The notes under the pieces: model-generated
What the model saw: the letters and a program-made list of their open reading frames with translations, nothing else
Databases searched by the model: none
What the model was told of the DNA's origin: nothing
In this document: piece after piece, positions 9,474 through 19,280 of the stretch
Position numbering within the stretch: the stretch's first letter is position 1
Layout: every line of letters starts with the position of its first letter
Made by a program: the position numbers and the translations under genes
From: Minisyncoccota bacterium
Lineage (GTDB): Bacteria > Patescibacteriota > Minisyncoccia > JAHIHE01 > JAGLIN01
Direction of reading: 5' to 3'
DNA: 64,000 nucleotides
Assembly: GCA_041661265.1 (NCBI GenBank)
Contig: JBAZUT010000008.1
Location: forward strand, 1,134-65,133

Positions 9474-11333
9474 ATGTCAATTTTCAGCAGTTTGCTGCCA
9501 TCCGGAAATAAGGCAAAAGAAAATAATTCCGCTTCGCCGAAGAAAGGAACCGCAACAGGCGAATCGAGCGCTGTGATCGCTTCGGAGAGGATATACAAGC
9601 AGGGACTTACGACCGTAAAGGACATCATCGCTCCCGCCGCTTTCAGGATCGAAGCGGATTATGTGATGATAAACCGGAAAATGGCGGCGACGTTCTTCGT
9701 TTATGCCTATCCGAGATATTTGCAGACGAATTGGTTCTCCCCGATCGTCAATCTTGACGCGACATTCGACATTGCGATGTTCATCCATCCGCAGAGCAGC
9801 GCGGAGATATTGAGGCATCTTCTCAAGGTTGTAACGCAGATCCAGTCGCAGATCTCCATGAACGAGGAAAGAGGAATGGTCAGGGATCCGATCCTCGAGA
9901 CCGCATATCAGGACGTTGAGAATCTCCGAGATGACCTCCAGCAGGGTATCGAGCATTTTTTCCAGTTCGGGCTCTATATGACAATCTATGGCGATACGAA
10001 AGACGAACTGATGAAGGTTGAGACGCAGATAGAGGCGATCCTTGAGGCAAAGCTCATCTATGTGAAGCCGGCGATAATGCAAATGGAGGAGGCTTTCAAT
10101 TCGACGCTTCCGCTGGCGAGCGACAAGCTCATGATCGTGAACAATATGAACACTTCTCCCCTTTCCACGACTTTCCCGTTCGTTTCGAGCGATCTCACTT
10201 CGAATCAGGGCATTCTCTATGGGATAAACAGGCACAACAACAGTCTGGTGCTTTTTGACAGGTTTTCGATGGAAAATGCGAACATGGTCATTTTCGCAAA
10301 GTCCGGCGCAGGAAAAAGCTATACGGTCAAATTGGAAATACTGCGAAGTTTGATGGTTGAAACGGATGTCATTGTCATAGACCCTGAAGATGAATATAAG
10401 CATCTTTGCGAGACCGTCGGCGGCACTTTCATGAGGATCTCTCTTTCGGCGAAGCATCACATTAATCCTTTTGATCTTCCGACTGCGCTTGAGGATGAAG
10501 CTCCCGCGGACGTGCTTCGTACGGCGATCGCCAATGTCTCCGGACTTCTCAAGGTTATGCTCGGAAAGCTTTCCGCAGAGGAAGACTCGATCTTGGACAA
10601 GGCCATTGCGGAAACCTATGCCATAAAAGACATCACTCCGGAAGCGGAATTCGCGAAGCTTGAACCTCCGACAATGACAGATCTGCAGATGGTGCTTGAG
10701 AATATGAGCGGCGCAGAAAGCCTCTCGACCAGGATCAAGAAATACACTGAAGGAACTTTTGCAGGATTTTTGAACCACAGGACGAATGTCAGCGTGGACA
10801 AAGGCCTCGTCGTTTTCAACATCAGGGACATGGAAGAAGAGCTCCGTCCGGTCGCCATGTATCTCATTCTGCACTATATCTGGACGCTGATCAGGTCCGA
10901 AAGGAAAAGAAGGATGCTTGTGGTCGATGAGGCGTGGTGGATGATGCAGCACGAAGACGCGGCCTCATTTCTCTTTTCGATCGCAAAACGATGCAGGAAA
11001 TATTTCTTGGGCCTCACGACGATCACCCAGGACGTCACCGACTTCATGGGTTCGAGATATGGAAAGCCGATCGTCACCAATTCCTCGATCCAGCTTCTCC
11101 TGAAGCAGTCCCCTGCCGCCATCAAGGTCATCGTGGACACATTCTATCTTACGGATGAGGAGAAGTTCTTGCTATTGGAAAGCAATGTCGGAGAAGGGAT
11201 ATTCTTTGCAGGGGCAAAGCGCGCCGCGATCAAAGTGGTCGCTTCATATTCCGAGGATCAGATCATAACTTCCGATCCCGCCCAGCTCCTTGAGATCGAA
11301 AAGGCAAAGAAAGAACTGGAAGATGTGGCGTAA
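9474..11333 (+). CDS. virB4: VirB4-like type IV secretion ATPase
   Basis: Walker A AKSGAGKS, VIDPEDEY, Walker B LVVDEAW, RKY..GLTTITQ. Confidence 0.9.
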   Translation: MSIFSSLLPSGNKAKENNSASPKKGTATGESSAVIASERIYKQGLTTVKDIIAPAAFRIEADYVMINRKMAATFFVYAYPRYLQTNWFSPIVNLDATFDIAMFIHPQSSAEILRHLLKVVTQIQSQISMNEERGMVRDPILETAYQDVENLRDDLQQGIEHFFQFGLYMTIYGDTKDELMKVETQIEAILEAKLIYVKPAIMQMEEAFNSTLPLASDKLMIVNNMNTSPLSTTFPFVSSDLTSNQGILYGINRHNNSLVLFDRFSMENANMVIFAKSGAGKSYTVKLEILRSLMVETDVIVIDPEDEYKHLCETVGGTFMRISLSAKHHINPFDLPTALEDEAPADVLRTAIANVSGLLKVMLGKLSAEEDSILDKAIAETYAIKDITPEAEFAKLEPPTMTDLQMVLENMSGAESLSTRIKKYTEGTFAGFLNHRTNVSVDKGLVVFNIRDMEEELRPVAMYLILHYIWTLIRSERKRRMLVVDEAWWMMQHEDAASFLFSIAKRCRKYFLGLTTITQDVTDFMGSRYGKPIVTNSSIQLLLKQSPAAIKVIVDTFYLTDEEKFLLLESNVGEGIFFAGAKRAAIKVVASYSEDQIITSDPAQLLEIEKAKKELEDVA

Positions 11334-11398
11334 AAAAACTCAAAAGTAAAAACTCAAAAGTTAAAATTGCAATTGAAAATTAAAAAGTGATAATTTGT

Positions 11399-11824
11399 TG
11401 TCATCCTGATCCGCCGATTGGCGGAGAAGGATCCCGTCAATTATTTCGTATCGCTATAAATTTCACAATTCATTGTTAATATAGGATTTCAAGATGATAC
11501 AATATGAATAGATATTTTGTATATATAGCTTCAAACAGCAGAAATACAGTTCTATATACCGGTATCACAAATGACATAAATCGAAGAATGTTTCAGCACA
11601 AAAACAAGCTGGTAAAAGGTTTCACAGAAAAATATAATGTTGACAAGTTAGTATATTGCGAAGAGTTTAATTCGCCAGGAGAAGCAATCTCCGCCGAAAA
11701 GAAAATTAAAGGATGGACAAGAAAGAAAAAGATAGATTTGATCAAAAGCATTAATCCCGAATTCGCAGACTTGTTGATATAAAACCGGGATTCTTCACTC
11801 CGCTCCGCTGCATTCAGAATGACA
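11399..11824 (+). mobile_element. REP-flanked GIY-YIG unit 1
   Basis: TGTCATCCTGA...AGGATCCC (11399-11435) and inverted GGGATTCTTC...TCAGAATGACA (11787-11824) enclose the nuclease gene. Confidence 0.75.
11504..11782 (+). CDS. Small GIY-YIG nuclease
   Basis: YFVYI...LYTGITNDINRR..QHK...FT.KY....LVYCE...A...EKKIKGW.R.KK..LI...NP. Confidence 0.92.
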   Translation: MNRYFVYIASNSRNTVLYTGITNDINRRMFQHKNKLVKGFTEKYNVDKLVYCEEFNSPGEAISAEKKIKGWTRKKKIDLIKSINPEFADLLI

Positions 11825-12059
11825 TCATTATTTAAGCAAAAATCAGACTTCTAGACTTGATTGAGACTTGAGAATTGGTAATTGAAAATTAATAAAATAT
11901 AAAGTCTAAAATCTCGAAATTCGAATTATGGATAAGACAAGAAAATAACTCAATATATTTTCGTCTTCCATCAGATCATCAAGGTTCATTGATGATTCGA
12001 TGAAAGCCGGCAATTGCAGCTAAGCTCTGTTTTGGGAGTAATATTATTATCTATAAAAA

Positions 12060-13031
12060 ATGGAAAGTGGAAGAATAAAAAGTGGTGTATCCAGAATTGC
12101 CAAAAATGAAAGTGCTAATCGAGTAGCGAATGCAACTCCTTTTGTTGGTGGAGCTAAAAGAATGGCAGAGAGTGCAGCGGGAAAAACATTGGCCGGAGAG
12201 AAATTATCAGGCAGGGATAGGTGGAAACATGGCGCTGGAGGAGCAGCTGATCTGGCTTTGGATTTTACCGGAATTGGAGAGGTTGAGAAAGGCGCAAAAA
12301 TGGCATATATTGGAAAAAAGATAGCAAGCGGTCTGGAAGAAAATACAAAAAAGGAAGCCACAAGAGAAATTAAAGACCAAGTCATTAAAAGAGGCATTGC
12401 GGCTGATAATTATCGTATCAAAAGCCAAGCCGGCAGAAATGAGGAAGCGCAAAGGATAAAAAGCGAAGCTCAAAGAGAAGCCGAGAGGCATATGAATCAT
12501 GAATTCCAAAAATCGGCAAGAATGAGCGGAGTGAAAGGGAGAGTGGCGTCAAAAATCGCCAGCCGGGGCGTATCGGAAGCAGCCTATCAAATTGCCTCCA
12601 GGTTGAGCGAAAAGGCGAAACAAGGGGGGCATTGGGCGGTGATCGTTTTTATTGTAACTTTACTGATAGCTATAATAGTTGACGCGTTAGATATTGTAGG
12701 CACTCTTCTTATTGAAACGATCCTAGGCTGGCTTATTATTTTTCTGATTAACACACTTCTTTCATTGATCATAAATATTTTTTGGATGTTGCTTGCAGGT
12801 GGCGGACATAGCAAGTTTTTTTGGAAGATTCTTGTCAGGTATATCATATTTGGATTGATACTTGATTCCATCCCAATTATAGAATTATTTCCATTTACGG
12901 TTTTTATGGTATGCTGGAACTGGTATGATTATAGCAAAGAAAGAAGTGAAGCGAAGCAAGAATTGAAAAGATTTTCAAAAGTTTATGCAAAAACGGGAGA
13001 AATAAAAGGACAATCCATGAAATATGCTTAG
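12060..13031 (+). CDS. Hypothetical membrane protein
   Basis: 323 aa; Gly/Ala-rich N-terminus and 3-4 C-terminal TMs with D.IP..ELFPFT motif. Confidence 0.7.
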   Translation: MESGRIKSGVSRIAKNESANRVANATPFVGGAKRMAESAAGKTLAGEKLSGRDRWKHGAGGAADLALDFTGIGEVEKGAKMAYIGKKIASGLEENTKKEATREIKDQVIKRGIAADNYRIKSQAGRNEEAQRIKSEAQREAERHMNHEFQKSARMSGVKGRVASKIASRGVSEAAYQIASRLSEKAKQGGHWAVIVFIVTLLIAIIVDALDIVGTLLIETILGWLIIFLINTLLSLIINIFWMLLAGGGHSKFFWKILVRYIIFGLILDSIPIIELFPFTVFMVCWNWYDYSKERSEAKQELKRFSKVYAKTGEIKGQSMKYA

Positions 13032-13185
13032 AGAATATCGCAAAAAGATCCTGATATTATTTTTTGATAATACCTAGTCAATGTTGACTAAAGAGCAGGG
13101 CAGAAGGAAGCGGATGAGTTAAAATTTCCAATTTTGAATTGAGCTAAGCATCGTACTTAACTTCAAGACTCAAATTAATAACCGT

Positions 13186-13763
13186 TGTCATCCTGATCCG
13201 CCGATTGGCGGAGAAGGATCCCGTATTTAAATATGGATATCACGTTCAAAAAAAATGGACTCATTGTCATTCTGAACAGAGCGGAGCGAAGTGAAGAATC
13301 CCAGTAGAAAAAAATAGCGCCTTATGTAACGGGACTCTTCGACCCGCTTCGCCGAAGGTTGACAGCGAGGCGAGCGGGCTCAGAGTGACAAGTATTGCAT
13401 AGAAGGGATATTTGCTTTTACAATACCTCAAGACAATATAGTATGAATAAATACTATGTTTATATAGCTTCGAACAGCAGAAATACAGTTTTATATACCG
13501 GCATTACACATAACATAAATCGAAGAATGTTCGAACATAAAAACAAATTAGTTAAAGGTTTTACAGAAAAATATAATGTTGATAAATTAGTGTATTGTGA
13601 AGAATTTAATTCTCCGGGAGAAGCAATTGCCGCCGAAAAGAAAATTAAAGGATGGACAAGAAAGAAAAAGATAGATTTGATCGAAGGGATTAATCCCGAA
13701 TTTGCAGACTTGTTGATATAAAACCGGGATTCTTCATTTCGCTTTGCTTCATTCAGAATGACA
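13186..13763 (+). mobile_element. REP-flanked GIY-YIG unit 2
   Basis: REP units at 13186-13222, 13266-13302, 13331-13390 (inverted) and 13726-13763 (inverted). Confidence 0.75.
13443..13721 (+). CDS. Small GIY-YIG nuclease, paralog of 11504-11782
   Basis: 92 aa from ATG 13443, nearly identical protein. Confidence 0.92.
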   Translation: MNKYYVYIASNSRNTVLYTGITHNINRRMFEHKNKLVKGFTEKYNVDKLVYCEEFNSPGEAIAAEKKIKGWTRKKKIDLIEGINPEFADLLI

Positions 13764-13852
13764 TTATTGTTTAAGCAAATGAAAATTAGGGTTTCATTCA
13801 AAATCCAAAATTGGAAATTAAAAATTAACTTATAATATTAACATCTAAAACT

Positions 13853-14851
13853 ATGTTTATCAGAAAACGCACCTTGCTCCTGCTTCTCCTTGTTGCATCT
13901 GCCACATTTGCTTACCCTGCTTTTGCCCAATATACCCCAATGGTCAGGATTCCCGGGCTCACCGCCGCGGGAAGCATAAATCTTTCAATGTATCTGGTGG
14001 GATTATATAATTTTATGGTCAGTATTGTGGGAATAGTTGCTGTCATGATGATGATCGTGGGAGGCATGAGATATATAACTGCTGCGGGAAGTTCAACGGC
14101 GATTAGCGATGCAAAAGATATTATCTCAAATGCCGTAGCCGGTCTCGTTATTGCCATTTTTGCCTGGATCATTGTTGCCGCAATAAATCCCGACGTCTTG
14201 TTCATAAAGAAACCCGGATCGGGATTCAAAAATGCTTCATATTTATCTTGTACGAAGCAATATACGGCCGCGATATGCAAGTGCAATGATGACGTGGGTT
14301 TGGGAGTTTTTGCATCTCCGACCGCCTGCAATGATGCATGCAAAGCCGGAAATCATTGCGGCGGTTTGGTGAATAGTTGTATCAGGGATGGAGTGAATGA
14401 AACGACCAGTCCGAAATTTAATACAGCTCCGAATAACGGAAAATGTTTATGTGCTAATGGAGTGGATGTTGTGCCTATACCGCCAGCTACATGTCAAGCG
14501 ACTTGCGCTATAGCAAATTGTATAAAGGCTGATGCAAGAATTGGAAATACAGGAATTACAGGTTTTGTCTCAGGAGTGGTAGATCAAAAAAGGACAACTA
14601 TATACATAAAAAATCCTTGCACGGATTCTTTGGCATTTGATGCTTACAAAACATTTGCTGTAAATCCCTATACGTGCAGTTGGGATTTTGAAAGCGACGG
14701 CACACCTGACAATCCCTCGTGTTTTACAGGATTTTGTCCGGTAAGTGGCGTCTTTATCGCTGGAACTTATACAGCAACGCTTACAGTGACTGACTCTGTT
14801 ACTGGAGCAAGTTCTGCGGACACTGTTATTTATGAAGCAATATATCCATAA
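13853..14851 (+). CDS. VirB2/TrbC-like pilin domain fused to Cys-rich repeats and a PKD-like domain
   Basis: Signal peptide; GGMRYITAAG...AKDII.NA..GL pilin motif; CxC...CxxxC repeats; WDF..DG and GTYTATLTVTD. Confidence 0.75.
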   Translation: MFIRKRTLLLLLLVASATFAYPAFAQYTPMVRIPGLTAAGSINLSMYLVGLYNFMVSIVGIVAVMMMIVGGMRYITAAGSSTAISDAKDIISNAVAGLVIAIFAWIIVAAINPDVLFIKKPGSGFKNASYLSCTKQYTAAICKCNDDVGLGVFASPTACNDACKAGNHCGGLVNSCIRDGVNETTSPKFNTAPNNGKCLCANGVDVVPIPPATCQATCAIANCIKADARIGNTGITGFVSGVVDQKRTTIYIKNPCTDSLAFDAYKTFAVNPYTCSWDFESDGTPDNPSCFTGFCPVSGVFIAGTYTATLTVTDSVTGASSADTVIYEAIYP

Positions 14852-14985
14852 GAATGGGCTTAACGACGAATTCTTGTGGCTATGGCGTAAAGGATTTGCT
14901 GATTATGATTCTGGCAGTGCGCGAAATATAATTTTAGCACCACATATTTACTAATAACCCTATCTTCACAAAAAAAATTGGGAAT

Positions 14986-15501
14986 TTATTCCCAATTTAT
15001 TATTACGTGGTCGAATTTCAGCTCATTGCCGTCAGTGTTGTCAGTTTTTTCGTAGATTGCTACGATAGACGTTGTTTCGCCGGATGCGAATGCATATTCA
15101 ACTGGAGAGAACCCAGTTGTCTTTGTTGGGTTCTGGATATCATCCTTTGACTCAACTCCGTCAAAATTCCATCCAAGGAATTTGTATCCTGCAATGTCTG
15201 TTGCCGATACTTTGACAAGAGGCCTGCGATGTGCATCTATTGATACGGTCTTATCTTTCGTATCGATACCGTTTATAAATGCTTTTATTGCGTCCAAGCT
15301 GTTCAGGTCCTGTTTCTCATACGAGAAACCGACAAATGCGCCTTCGGCTGCTGTTTTGCTGTTTAATACAGTGGGCATGGATGTGGGATTTGTAAACGTC
15401 CCCAGCGCCGTTAGTACGGCCGCTGCTATGAGCGCTACGGCCACGGTGCCAATCATCCATGTCGGAATCACTATTCCTCTCTTACGTATTGTTTCGTTCA
15501 T
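14986..15501 (-). CDS. Hypothetical exported/membrane-anchored protein
   Basis: N-terminal hydrophobic helix; GYKFLGWN motif; GGAGCGTGA RBS; terminator hairpin overlaps the stop. Confidence 0.7.
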   Translation of the reverse strand: MNETIRKRGIVIPTWMIGTVAVALIAAAVLTALGTFTNPTSMPTVLNSKTAAEGAFVGFSYEKQDLNSLDAIKAFINGIDTKDKTVSIDAHRRPLVKVSATDIAGYKFLGWNFDGVESKDDIQNPTKTTGFSPVEYAFASGETTSIVAIYEKTDNTDGNELKFDHVIINWE

Positions 15502-15778
15502 TTTTTTTCACGCTCCTTGTGTTTTCTTTCTTTATCACCTCCTGTTTCCAGCAAGGTTTTTTAGCGGGTATGTAACAGTCTAAAGTCCTTAAAGTCTAAA
15601 GTTTCTAAAGCAAAGCTTTCGGCTTTATGGATATTTTGACTTTCGACTATTTTTATACCCTTCAAAAAACCATGCTGGATTTACTTGTTGTCGGATTTGT
15701 TCTGTGAACTGTAAATGAGCTAACTGGATATAATAGCATAAATATGACATTTGTCAATCCCCTTTATCCACAGCGCAA

Positions 15779-15886
15779 GAGGTCTGCACCTCGTCTATGA
15801 GGTCAGTCCTCTGAAGCGCCCAGCATCGGATCTTTTTGATCCTTTGCAATCGGAGGACCGATTTCCTGCTTGGAGGTGCGGATTGC
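15779..15886. repeat. Four-box hairpin element, copy 1 (diverged)
   Basis: GAGGTCTGCACCTC..GAGGTCAGTCCTC...GAGGACCGATTTC..GAGGTGCGGATT. Confidence 0.75.
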
Positions 15887-16099
15887 TTTGTAATATTCCC
15901 AGATCGCACTTCTTTTGTATATAAAATTGTTAACGAACGACATTTTTCAGCAAAAGCTGAAACTCTCTTCTCTACCATCAAAATAGCAAGAAATCCACGT
16001 TGAGTCAATTTTTGCAGAGTTCGTATTGTGGACTTCCTGTGGAGAAGATGGGGAATAAAGATAAAAAAAGAGTATATGTTATACTCTTCAATTGCAATG

Positions 16100-16594
16100 C
16101 TATTTATATATCGTTGTTGAACTAAAAACAAATTCTGCCCTGTTTCCCGCGCTATCGATCGCACTTATTTTTGATATGCAGGATTCCCCGTTTGAAACCT
16201 TTTTGCAAACTTCATAAAGCGGATCTGTTTTTATCATCGTAAAGAGGGCCCAATCACCGTTTTTGAAAGGTGTTTCCGTCACTCCATCTCCATTATTGTC
16301 GTACAGATAAGTTGCAGGCGGATTTGGCACGATAGAGTCACTGAAGTCCAAGACGAAGGATTTATCTTCTTCCAGAACGATAGCATTTCCGAAATAATCT
16401 CTAGTCGCTAAGGTTCTCGGATTGCTCGTATTTATATTTACCTCTCCTATTTTTGGCTGGATGACAAATGTTTTAGCCGTCATGTCGGATGTTTTATTTG
16501 CCTCTTCTGCCGGGATGGCGCTTGATGCGTATCCTGAAAATGATGCAAATATAGCAATTAGAACTGCCATAATTACAATTGCTTTAAATCTCAT
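16100..16594 (-). CDS. Hypothetical secreted protein
   Basis: Signal peptide; promoter/leader homologous to those of 16759 and 19443. Confidence 0.75.
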   Translation of the reverse strand: MRFKAIVIMAVLIAIFASFSGYASSAIPAEEANKTSDMTAKTFVIQPKIGEVNINTSNPRTLATRDYFGNAIVLEEDKSFVLDFSDSIVPNPPATYLYDNNGDGVTETPFKNGDWALFTMIKTDPLYEVCKKVSNGESCISKISAIDSAGNRAEFVFSSTTIYK

Positions 16595-16758
16595 TCTTTC
16601 ACGTCCTTTTTGTTTTATATTTTAAGGATTGATTATTCTTTCCTTAATGTCATCAGCATAAATTGTTTTTCTAAATTTGTCAAAGGTTGATGATACGGGA
16701 TTTGTTAATAATGTTTAAAAATGTCCTAAAGTTAAAAAAATAGGGATTTATTATCCCT

Positions 16759-17397
16759 TTATTGATAGAACCTTATATTGATATTTACTCTATAGAGTTC
16801 ATCATTAGCGCTTTTGTCTGCCATCCAGACGGTGGATTTTCTCTGTGGGCCCTTCACTCCTTCTACAGAACCGCCTCTATTCCATTTGCCGCCATTTCCA
16901 GACTCAACTGTGAGTTTGACCACACCTTGCAGATCACGGAGATATGAATTAACTGTCAGTATCTTATTGTCTCCGGAAATTTCCGCTTTGAAATTATCCA
17001 GGACTAGATTGTCATCAACTGCAATTGCGATGTTTTGCAGTTTATTTTTTGGGACAGTAAAATAAACCTCCACTACACCATTGCTTCTGAAACTGGCATA
17101 TTTTTGAACATACGCTACATTATTTTCGTAGCTTCTATTGTTGTATGCACCGACCAGGGGCTCTTTTACGGGGAGGCCTTTGACAGTAATTCCGTTGAGA
17201 GTATTTCCTTCAATTTTTTTCGAATCATCTAAACTGTTGGAATCTGTGATTCCAGTATTTTCGGAAATTGGCTGTTTGATGGCCGTTTCTGCTACTTTCG
17301 GCGCTATTGTCTCCGGACCTTTGTCCGACACGCATCCCGAGATCAACAAAGCTCCCGCAAGCAGAAATACTGCCAATATTTTCAATTTTATTCTCAT
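16759..17397 (-). CDS. Putative lipoprotein
   Basis: MRIKLKILAVFLLAGALLISGC lipobox-like signal; start reassigned to ATG 17397 after GGACGTGA. Confidence 0.78.
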   Translation of the reverse strand: MRIKLKILAVFLLAGALLISGCVSDKGPETIAPKVAETAIKQPISENTGITDSNSLDDSKKIEGNTLNGITVKGLPVKEPLVGAYNNRSYENNVAYVQKYASFRSNGVVEVYFTVPKNKLQNIAIAVDDNLVLDNFKAEISGDNKILTVNSYLRDLQGVVKLTVESGNGGKWNRGGSVEGVKGPQRKSTVWMADKSANDELYRVNINIRFYQ

Positions 17398-17465
17398 TCT
17401 TTCACGTCCTTTTTGTTTTGTTTTCCATATTTCAAGGATCAATTTGTCTTATCCTCAATGCCACC

Positions 17466-17494
17466 AGCATAAAGTTTTTTTTGAGATTTGTCAA
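17466..17494 (-). promoter_or_regulatory. sigma70 promoter shared by the cassette paralogs (homologues near 16655-16683 and 20093-20121)
   Basis: TTGACA-17 bp-TATGCT on the minus strand. Confidence 0.65.
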
Positions 17495-17627
17495 GAATTG
17501 AGGCATCTATTGTCCCATTACTAAAAAGTCCCCTCTCGAGAGGGGCAGGGGTGTGTGAGTTGGGAAGCGCGGCTAGGTCGCTTTGAGTTAATTTGATAAA
17601 CAAAAAAACACAAATCTCTCTGAGGTT

Positions 17628-17738
17628 CAAGGTCTGCACCTTGTCCACAAGGTCAGATCCTTGAAGAACCGGCGAAGACATCGAACAACTTCATTTATTA
17701 TCGGAGGATCCGACTTCTTTGAGGGGGTGCGGACCTCT
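17628..17738. repeat. Four-box hairpin element, copy 2
   Basis: 111 bp, near-identical to 20321-20431 and 21134-21244. Confidence 0.9.
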
Positions 17739-17818
17739 TTTGTTCTCGGACTTCCCTGTTCCTTCCACACAAGAGGAAGAGGCCAGGTGGATTTGGAATC
17801 AGGGCCCTCGGATCTCGA

Positions 17819-18661
17819 TCAGACCAGATATTTTTTCATTATTTCTTTGTAATTTTTGCAGAAATCAGTCACGAAAGATTGGTCGGGAAAGAAATTCTGA
17901 AGATCATATGCGAGCTTTCTTTCATCGACCTCCTTTTCGATTTTGTTTTTCAGGACTTGTTTCAGTTCATTCTCGTCTTTGATGGAGAAAGCCTTTTCAA
18001 GGACAGCAAAGTCAGGACTGATGCCTTTGCTGAGATACCAGAATAGGTCATAGAAGTCGCGTCCCTTTATGTCGATAACATTGTTTTTTCCCTTGAACCA
18101 TTTTCGTCCCAGTATCGCCATGATCTTTCCGGTCATCAGAAATTTTAGGGTGTAATTTTTGGCAAGAAAATTGAAGCCGAATGAAGAGACTGGGGAAAGC
18201 TCGGTTTCAAATACTTCGAATTGGCTGATCTCCGGCTCGATTTTGACATAGAGAAAATCGCTTTTTTCTCCATAAATAAGACCAAGATCTTTCAGGATCG
18301 GGAATTTGAGATAGAGCCTGTTTTTTCCCTGGACCCGGAAGGAAGGAACTATAAGGAAATTGTTTTCAAAATATGCAGAAAGTGCCGTGCCCATTTTTTC
18401 CAGATCCAATGTCCGGAAATCAGATTCTTCGAGGTCAAAGTCCAGGTCTTCGGAAAGTCGCGACAAGCCATAGCAAATGCGAAGGCACGATCCGCCGGTG
18501 AAGATGAAGTTTTTATATTCTTTGCTGTTATATATATAGCTCAGAACTGGAAATTGCAGGACCTCTTTAAGGAAGTTTGCGATCACAAAATCAGGAAGCC
18601 CGGCTCTCTTTTTCTCCTGCACCAGGGTTTTCATGGTCTCTTTAAGCATAATATTGTTCAT
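17819..18661 (-). CDS. AbiEii-family nucleotidyltransferase toxin (type IV TA)
   Basis: FTGGSCLRICYGLSRLSEDLDF; GKIMAIL; KGRDFYDLFW. Confidence 0.9.
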   Translation of the reverse strand: MNNIMLKETMKTLVQEKKRAGLPDFVIANFLKEVLQFPVLSYIYNSKEYKNFIFTGGSCLRICYGLSRLSEDLDFDLEESDFRTLDLEKMGTALSAYFENNFLIVPSFRVQGKNRLYLKFPILKDLGLIYGEKSDFLYVKIEPEISQFEVFETELSPVSSFGFNFLAKNYTLKFLMTGKIMAILGRKWFKGKNNVIDIKGRDFYDLFWYLSKGISPDFAVLEKAFSIKDENELKQVLKNKIEKEVDERKLAYDLQNFFPDQSFVTDFCKNYKEIMKKYLV

Positions 18662-19280
18662 TAATGAGTTTAAATAGTGTATTCATGCGTTTGTTGTTGC
18701 ATATTTTTATGTATTCTTCCATTTTTTTGATGTCGGAAGCGGAAATATTTTCCCAGTTGAGGCGCAGATCTTCCAGCGCTTCTCGGTTTATTTCACGCTT
18801 GCTCAAAAAGCGAAGATAGAGAAAATCAAACAGAGCTTTTGCTTTTTCGGCTTCAAGAACGGGCGCGCCTTGAAAATATTTGACGGAATATCCGCAAAAA
18901 AGCTTCGGGCTTATTGAGTAATAGCGGAAGCTTCCGAGCTTGTTCACAATTTCCCTTCCTGTTTTTACGGTCATTGAAGTCAGGGCGTTGGCCGGTTCGC
19001 TCAGGATCTGATATTTGGAAAGCGTATATTCCATTGAGAGATAGGATGGCATCACCATTTGATTGGCGATGTATTCGAGATAGGAGTTCTTGTCTCCTTC
19101 CATGCGGAATCGGTCGCTTAGCACGTATAGGCCGTTTTTCAGGCCAATGAGTTTCCCGTTTTTAAGCCAATATTTGATGTTGGCATTCAGCGATTCAGGG
19201 TCGCTTTCAAGCGATCGAAGCGTATTTTTGCTGAAAACAAGGAACTTTTGGCTTATTTTCTCAAAATCATTATAGTTCAT
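18642..19280 (-). CDS. AbiEi-like antitoxin/transcriptional regulator (type IV TA)
   Basis: W.K.GKLI.LK.GLY, PSYLSMEY.LS.Y, AE.EKALFD; overlaps the toxin start. Confidence 0.85.
   Translation of the reverse strand: MNYNDFEKISQKFLVFSKNTLRSLESDPESLNANIKYWLKNGKLIGLKNGLYVLSDRFRMEGDKNSYLEYIANQMVMPSYLSMEYTLSKYQILSEPANALTSMTVKTGREIVNKLGSFRYYSISPKLFCGYSVKYFQGAPVLEAEKAKALFDFLYLRFLSKREINREALEDLRLNWENISASDIKKMEEYIKICNNKRMNTLFKLINEQYYA

Noticed and set aside
3788-14851. Conjugative ICE or plasmid
   Set aside because: No relaxase, coupling protein, integrase or att repeats in the window; the layout fits the chromosomal CPR T4SS-like locus.
15754-16164. 136-aa ORF on the minus strand
   Set aside because: It overlaps the end of 16100-16594, crosses its terminator and runs through hairpin copy 1; no start signals.
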